Assembly (NCBI GenBank): GCA_003614675.1
Contig: ML002416.1
Span: 1 to 32,785 of the forward strand
DNA length: 32,785 nt
Source of the DNA: Dimargaris cristalligena
Lineage: Eukaryota
Reading direction: 5' to 3'
Below are positions 32,001 to 32,785 of this stretch, in pieces. The position numbers and the translations under genes were made by a program. Position 1 is the stretch's first letter. Each line of letters starts with the position of its first letter. The notes below the pieces were generated by a model that ran no database searches, was not told the origin of the DNA, and worked only from the letters and a program-made list of their open reading frames with translations.

Positions 32001-32785
32001 TGAATACTTTTCTCGTCATGACGACCAGGTAAAAATTCGCGGGCATCGTATTGAACCCCAGGAAATCGAATCTGTATTACTCAGTCATCCCGATGTACAG
32101 AGTGCCGCCGTAGTTATAGATAGTCAAAAGATTTACGCATTTGTGTGCCCTTGTTCAGTTTCCATTGGATCGGTTAAGTCACATATTGGTCGAATTCTAC
32201 CAGCGTATATGAACCCCACCACAATATTTAACCTGGATGTGTTACCCCGCAACACTAACGGCAAGACCGACAAACGTGTCCTAACCACACGTATTGCCGA
32301 GTTAACCTCAATGACTGCCGGTCGCACCATTACTGCCCCGCAGAATTCAGCCCAGGCCCTGGTTGTGGATGCCCTCAGCCAAACCTTGGGTATTCCCAGT
32401 ATCGAGATTGGTATTTACGACTCCTTTTTCCAACTCGGTGGTGACTCGATTTCGGCCATTCGCTTGTCCTCCCTCTGTCGAGACTGCGGTTTATATATTT
32501 CCATCGCCCAGGTGTTCAAGTGTAGTAATATCATCGAGCTAGCAGAGTGTGTCTCAGATTATTCCATACCTGACGGTCCGTTAGAATCCCATAGTACCAC
32601 TATTTATGAACCCTATAGCTTATTGGGCGAAATGAGCTCATCTTCCCCTGGTGTGGACTCACTCCTTCAAGAGGCCGCTTCCCAGCTCAAATTGGGCTTG
32701 GATGAAATCTCCGATATTCTACCGGTTTCGGGGCTCCAACTGGGCTTCCTCGTCAGTACCCTGAAAGACCCAAGCTCGTATATGG
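19270..32785 (+). CDS. Multimodular non-ribosomal peptide synthetase, 3'-truncated by the window (>4,500 aa, no intron needed)
   Basis: In-frame TAA at 19222, first ATG at 19270. All motifs fall in frame 1: YTSGTAGRPKG (~20524), GGDS (Ser 21646), HHSLLDG (22258), FTSGSTGLPKG (~26728), GGDS (Ser 27856), HHLVVD (28474), HHALIDG (29905), YTSGTTGRPKG (~31339), GGDS (Ser 32446). The track lists no frame-1 ORF here, consistent with no stop codon. Confidence 0.95.
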   Translation, partial: MIGAALNTPSTALRSSVVPANDQTTINLPLSKPRVPGLGYAAWGCDLFLPDLKLFRRDDFDQIGQLATGIILSRYCRQPAVAFSSWRDPIGSSDIIGQPQKNLRLILVEVSPDTPVSAAILQNHALSRFLDLSDPVAGVILHTSAGGPPVAHPMPEPDNNYYQSKEVKAVAHIVDLLTSSTAHIVVSCTLNQGHIQITVTHSRVQYRDSAVAEFTDQFVTIFAAIVQALKCDQPILIRNIPWVSGRELDRLMDFSLMNKPIQGIGPPIHKLFRDCTLRYADHIALVHGPDEWTYAQLDSASSELARALVDQYGARPEVRFALLIPKSIAYTMAILAVLKSGAAYIPLDPDYPPDRIQFVLEDSNASLLIAAESVLRNVSGQLKISAITVDPFVRQQATAELSDFQPFPSSPGDLAYVIYTSGTAGRPKGVLVEHRGVSNFSIDPYLREEYGPGHRVYQAASVAFDGILVNTFRTLCAGGTLIIPTENLLEDLQTIHTGLFLSSFLSRLDPASFPNMQAIAVGGEPLLPEQQAQWAPHCILANHYGPTEATVYSNLAVIGPDDDITIGRPIRNVFNLVVDEELRLVPVGVPGELLIGGVGVARGYQNLPELTATKFIPNPLGKGRVYRTGDYVRWLPNGSLEFLGRIDNQIKLRGYRIEIEEIEYVASQYPGVKQSVAVVVQDALVLYASPATLDPSGLLNYLSDHLSKPMVPELVVPVLDFKTTGVGKLDRRSLPSVDHLLSKHTSTSGSRPITNGILSKAEESLRRIWGQVLQQDPGQFDATDHFFRVGGDSISAILLVSKCRQSGYQLTVPLIYQYPELRRMAQQVQQPTSMDGNTGVQFNLSDTESQEISEELVRRGILPSDVEVLLPCIGVQGGLLTGLGVDPSAYTVQISIKIGGPLDFSRLIQAWNAVAKQHTPLRTMFVESSTKRSQGFVQAVVRSLSNVWTLGNKPLACLDSFLANNLRRGFVLKELMVRNFVFPTADSQLYDVIISAHHSLLDGWSMPLLLQAWMAAYHHPQLLVPSPLTSFPAVVDYVNQMDTAKASNFWATYLRDAHSTPAPMLFPGLSGASGSAIYYASIGIPKAHMLQFSQSRGITLATLFRVAYALVLGRLLDQDDVVFGVTLSGRNLDLLGMDQVIGPCINTLPFRVYLDQSPIHSWLQSLHHAQTSMLQFEHSSLSDITRWASAGQRGPLFHTLLGFENYASYVAEPSHHLILSELRVHESTEYPLTADFIVQSTAVQAKILYSTSAYSEEAIRHLVRMIETAVGQILSAQSGTTVDQLVLTRSPLARPITHGQESISTVSTSPFPSLAETWDSILSDYPDHLAYISKELSLSFSQVGQLADVLAFRSGQVLKSSYPSIVALVDSVEHLLICLVSAFKMGARLTLLAPPFTLDQLLTYTKLSASQAVWLPSTKVEEIRPFLNDVVKLIPLPDAVEAHIDKTRASRRFKPSAVSKNFALSFMSQRNSNSPALSTIHDSCIQLTLASTQSYISKNDRVIIDRSLALDSSPAAWLILSCLLSHKVILAPDSPLGVDIKSPTCHVMAANTRLDGLDGCNRLILYDLDQAHWYDSINFAESTDTCISFIGTVFQGHQQVTKEQLISRCLPTIDTTPLFYSLGVLDCHDRLCPPGVVGRLAFFEISSSKYSAPTKHPVLGYRDNNNGIRMLGPITQREVVEGQQIHFGILTQALAGAGALFPRCLILPDNRLVALVANTTEGELIQLKTSMVSPDIPSALVPSAIISTHAFPHVANLADRLLSHFAQAYLATLPFYNDHSMSKLEWWLTTVVNELHISLKPSADYSTSPLLRSSSEATLAQLELLRHRIYSKFNASLTMGDLVKHPELRKLTSILSERIDQSLVEHSGEVSTNGAAFYAPNSLPLYLRTIPVTDRQQQIWSLGRMGTNSAGFYHQCLITSEAPIQLKSIQQAIDQLASAFESLRFRFNSAQGTLTCHVLPHVQIGITEHWLPNSQSLVVDDLLSGEVKLDLDRGVLSQVDLYHSSITIKGGIASALCLQVHDIAVDSSLFDRIVKYIVTGLHGIPQNNSSQRVTRPNSCHRDANDTDSSYWRSLLRDPPTELHLPFDHPRPLLPSFQHATVGLKLGSGLMASLFNCKSANPLAQGDIWLALFASFLRRLTGQDDIIIDYSSVEDRSDDQIVGAAEQSDTHTPIRCSGNWPAHISQLAEHLSLQRRQSMRYPTPSVNLYSTLGDHLGLIRLLGLARVRVSIFSDFYEKLDYNVTRVIYPSTAQSLFTYDLELVIRGIASARYCDLRFNSDVLESSTAERLIRNFLHYAQGCFYQDQPWTRTSIVSPDEYRTLIDNFAFGGLLTTECPMTPPADVLRHFFRIATLYPDRAATEILGKSCTYIELVDRISSVAAGLRAAQIQPGDKIAVIVANHPDTVVGMLATWVVGAVYVPVDCTLPVKRQTYIIDVAGCRMVVNTSNTPTQLTNVVALSELFGHDNTTNNEPNCHPNRPDDLAYIIFTSGSTGLPKGVMVLRSNLDYIIFNPVFQDLRVVGQRVMMGSSPGFDAFIINSLVTLCGGSTLVFYHDNLADTLRQVDQTWLVPSVINRLNPSNYPNLKKLCLVGEPLSRELVDKWSAVPGIYNGYGPTETTIISHFTRVPPTGPITIGPPVPNYECYILDSQLQLVPIGAIGEICIGGVGVSLGYINRPDLNPIKFIDNPFTGRGRLYRSGDLGRWLPDGRVECVGRMDSQIKLRGFRIELNEIRSVLLRQPGVRDCTVFVHDQFLVSYVFPESAANNEVLHNAVANHLPLYMVPSYFMGLPTVPLTINGKCDTKFLLDHFTEYLTTQRRQDPTDSSLTLSSRPLGALTQALVDVLGLAPEEINLQLSFVKLGGDSISAIQVSSKCRQLGYTLPTSMILRSKTLSDVVGNMKVIDPTTARKDPHKTISYHTTFPLTPIQQWFFDHPWRNPHHFNQSFALELTRPLSVTQITSALLSLINHHNLLRCQFTEDGSNSPSRWSQRILPPLATLPIPVLEAIVPLSGCPIQFKLIQSSLDISQGHHLAAGLITVLDNNVSSSTDSVSHPPVPFQTTPRQVLFLTIHHLVVDLVSWSILLEDLAQLLDGQNPAPQYLSFATWAAELSGWAKQSIPGTEQPLTSMPLSSYLPLASPDNLVFNIQGNSKCLSVTLDSIISDELLGVDTHLIQPLELMLAGLFQALYSLTQAPTITIFNESHGRHSWDTNLDPSRTVGWFTTLLPCQTQASAGTTPLDFLKSAKQAHRSASGTHGLHQSLQKWLNCTDVVPSSHQSYSPIDVAFNYLGHTVDHGTLTQQGRAPWLPCHELMSDMAVCDANELRTQLIEIIGLPTSDGLVFTVRYCPQVIATGNIEVLLNRFHSSLVSLVHYVNQSPSPSLWTPMDFPDLQTTLPELVKLEAELITVGLSGNDVEDIYPMLPMQQGMWTATAKDPSEYLVQLAFTVTGISNLDQLQVATRAVVGDYTILRTMFITSWSNSHCQGVQVVIREPRFGWHVINEWSDVDSISEPDFMLSNKRRGFGPGEPLLRAHVKQLSVNTFRYLLTIHHALIDGWSIGILVGRLRAHLQNDTEILLVRPPAFRNYVAHMHISDKQSAKSFWSEYLRGVEQPTKIELPKPTCKPDSPRAELKMTLFEDADTITQLAHHMGITPYVLIKAAWALLLSRYTDQPDVIFGNTVSGRALPLADIESHLGCLINTVPFRVRADETMTVAEWVTAIHNSSQQVVSFEHHHISEINTWVEGENRPSDLFNTLVVYESYPNTGTDCLDHPVTFTDTGFLESSDYPLTLVVQMECGELSACLSWNSFQFGPVYIDTLSKHLCTLFNGLVFALANADGQIRIQDLEMLSPEEHEVMVKQFACPRRTIDRDACVPALFTRSVQIRPNVTAVEYEDTKWTYAHLYHQSLSLAQQLLDRGVQRETPIGLLIDRVPSTIAAFMGLQLSGAALIPLDPTFPIERIQYITEDCGIGLVLTNMADQSKLNAIRSTLTQVEIQLIGPWLLPLQLPQDQLPILPNIRPTDLSHIVYTSGTTGRPKGVQIEHRLMGNFVQQLESTYGISAGLRLMQNMALTFDAALLEIFTGLCKGATLVLRTDLLDTLPKVDAIFATPTVLASLDPAKYPNLQTIISGGEALPREVAKRWARHCRLFNIYGPTEVLVSHTVEYSLGDILTIGRPVPNTQGYILDRYLRPVPTGVRGEIYVGGAQVARGYVNLPDLNTARLIPNPFSGSDNMYRTGDSARWLPNGTVEYFSRHDDQVKIRGHRIEPQEIESVLLSHPDVQSAAVVIDSQKIYAFVCPCSVSIGSVKSHIGRILPAYMNPTTIFNLDVLPRNTNGKTDKRVLTTRIAELTSMTAGRTITAPQNSAQALVVDALSQTLGIPSIEIGIYDSFFQLGGDSISAIRLSSLCRDCGLYISIAQVFKCSNIIELAECVSDYSIPDGPLESHSTTIYEPYSLLGEMSSSSPGVDSLLQEAASQLKLGLDEISDILPVSGLQLGFLVSTLKDPSSYM
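20060..23110 (+). other. NRPS module 1: A1 (~20060-21480), T1 (~21550-21760), C1 (~21860-23110), all motifs intact
   Basis: WTYAQL, LKSGAAYIPLDP, YTSGTAGRPKG, NHYGPTE, GELLIGGVGVARGY, YRTGD, GRIDNQIKLRGYRIE, GKLDR; FFRVGGDSI; HHSLLDGWS. Boundaries approximate. Confidence 0.9.
23200..26200 (+). other. Degenerate NRPS block: A-like (~23200-24560), T-like (~24600-24850), C-like (~24930-26200)
   Basis: Eroded motifs in correct order and spacing: LSFSQV, FKMGARLTLLAP, FALSFMSQRNSNSP (P-loop lost), CPPGVVGRL, GPITQREVVEGQQIHFG, no A10 Lys. The T-like segment lacks GGxS. The C-like segment has PVTDRQQQIW, HDIAVDS and YWRSLL..LPFDHPRP. Confidence 0.8.
26290..30780 (+). other. NRPS module 3: A3 (~26290-27680), T3 (~27760-27960), epimerisation domain (~28030-29380), C (~29500-30780)
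   Basis: A motifs intact (FTSGSTGLPKG, NGYGPTE, YRSGD, NGK); FVKLGGDSISAI; E motifs PLTPIQQWFF, HHLVVDLVSWSILLEDL, ESHGR, RTVGWFT, FNYLG; C with EDIYPMLPMQQGM and HHALIDGWS. Confidence 0.9.
30860..32785 (+). other. NRPS module 4: A4 (~30860-32290), T4 (~32340-32560), start of the next C domain (~32700 to end)
   Basis: WTYAHL, YTSGTTGRPKG, NIYGPTE, YRTGD, QVKIRGHRIE, NGK; FFQLGGDSISAI; DILPVSGLQLGFL at the window end. Confidence 0.9.

Noticed and set aside
19543-32330. Many short ORFs in other frames or antisense within the NRPS (also those overlapping the LPMO, uL23m, LC8 and perilipin genes)
   Set aside because: Shadow ORFs of real coding sequence.

Overview
Eukaryotic, fungal-type DNA: it has a GT-AG intron with a CTAAT branch site, a mitochondrial uL23, dynein LC8, a perilipin and AA11-like LPMOs. 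By inference it most resembles an early-diverging fungus such as the mycoparasite Dimargaris (Zoopagomycota); the taxon is not verified. From 1 to about 9 kb there are three tandem AA11-type lytic polysaccharide monooxygenase paralogues, one intact (4331-5356) and two interrupted by in-frame stops, plus a ~1.07-kb stretch almost free of CpG and one copy of a 136-bp MITE-like element. From about 10 to 15 kb are housekeeping genes: MRP20/uL23m, a spliced dynein light chain and a perilipin-like protein. Two more 136-bp MITE copies lie in the 4.4-kb divergent intergenic region. From 19270 to the window end runs one uninterrupted +strand frame of over 4,500 codons, missing from the ORF track because it has no stop in the window. 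It encodes a multimodular NRPS: partial C - A1 - T1 - C1 - [dead A - dead T - dead C] - A3 - T3 - E - C - A4 - T4 - C... The most striking feature is the module-sized block with every catalytic motif eroded, kept in frame between apparently active modules.
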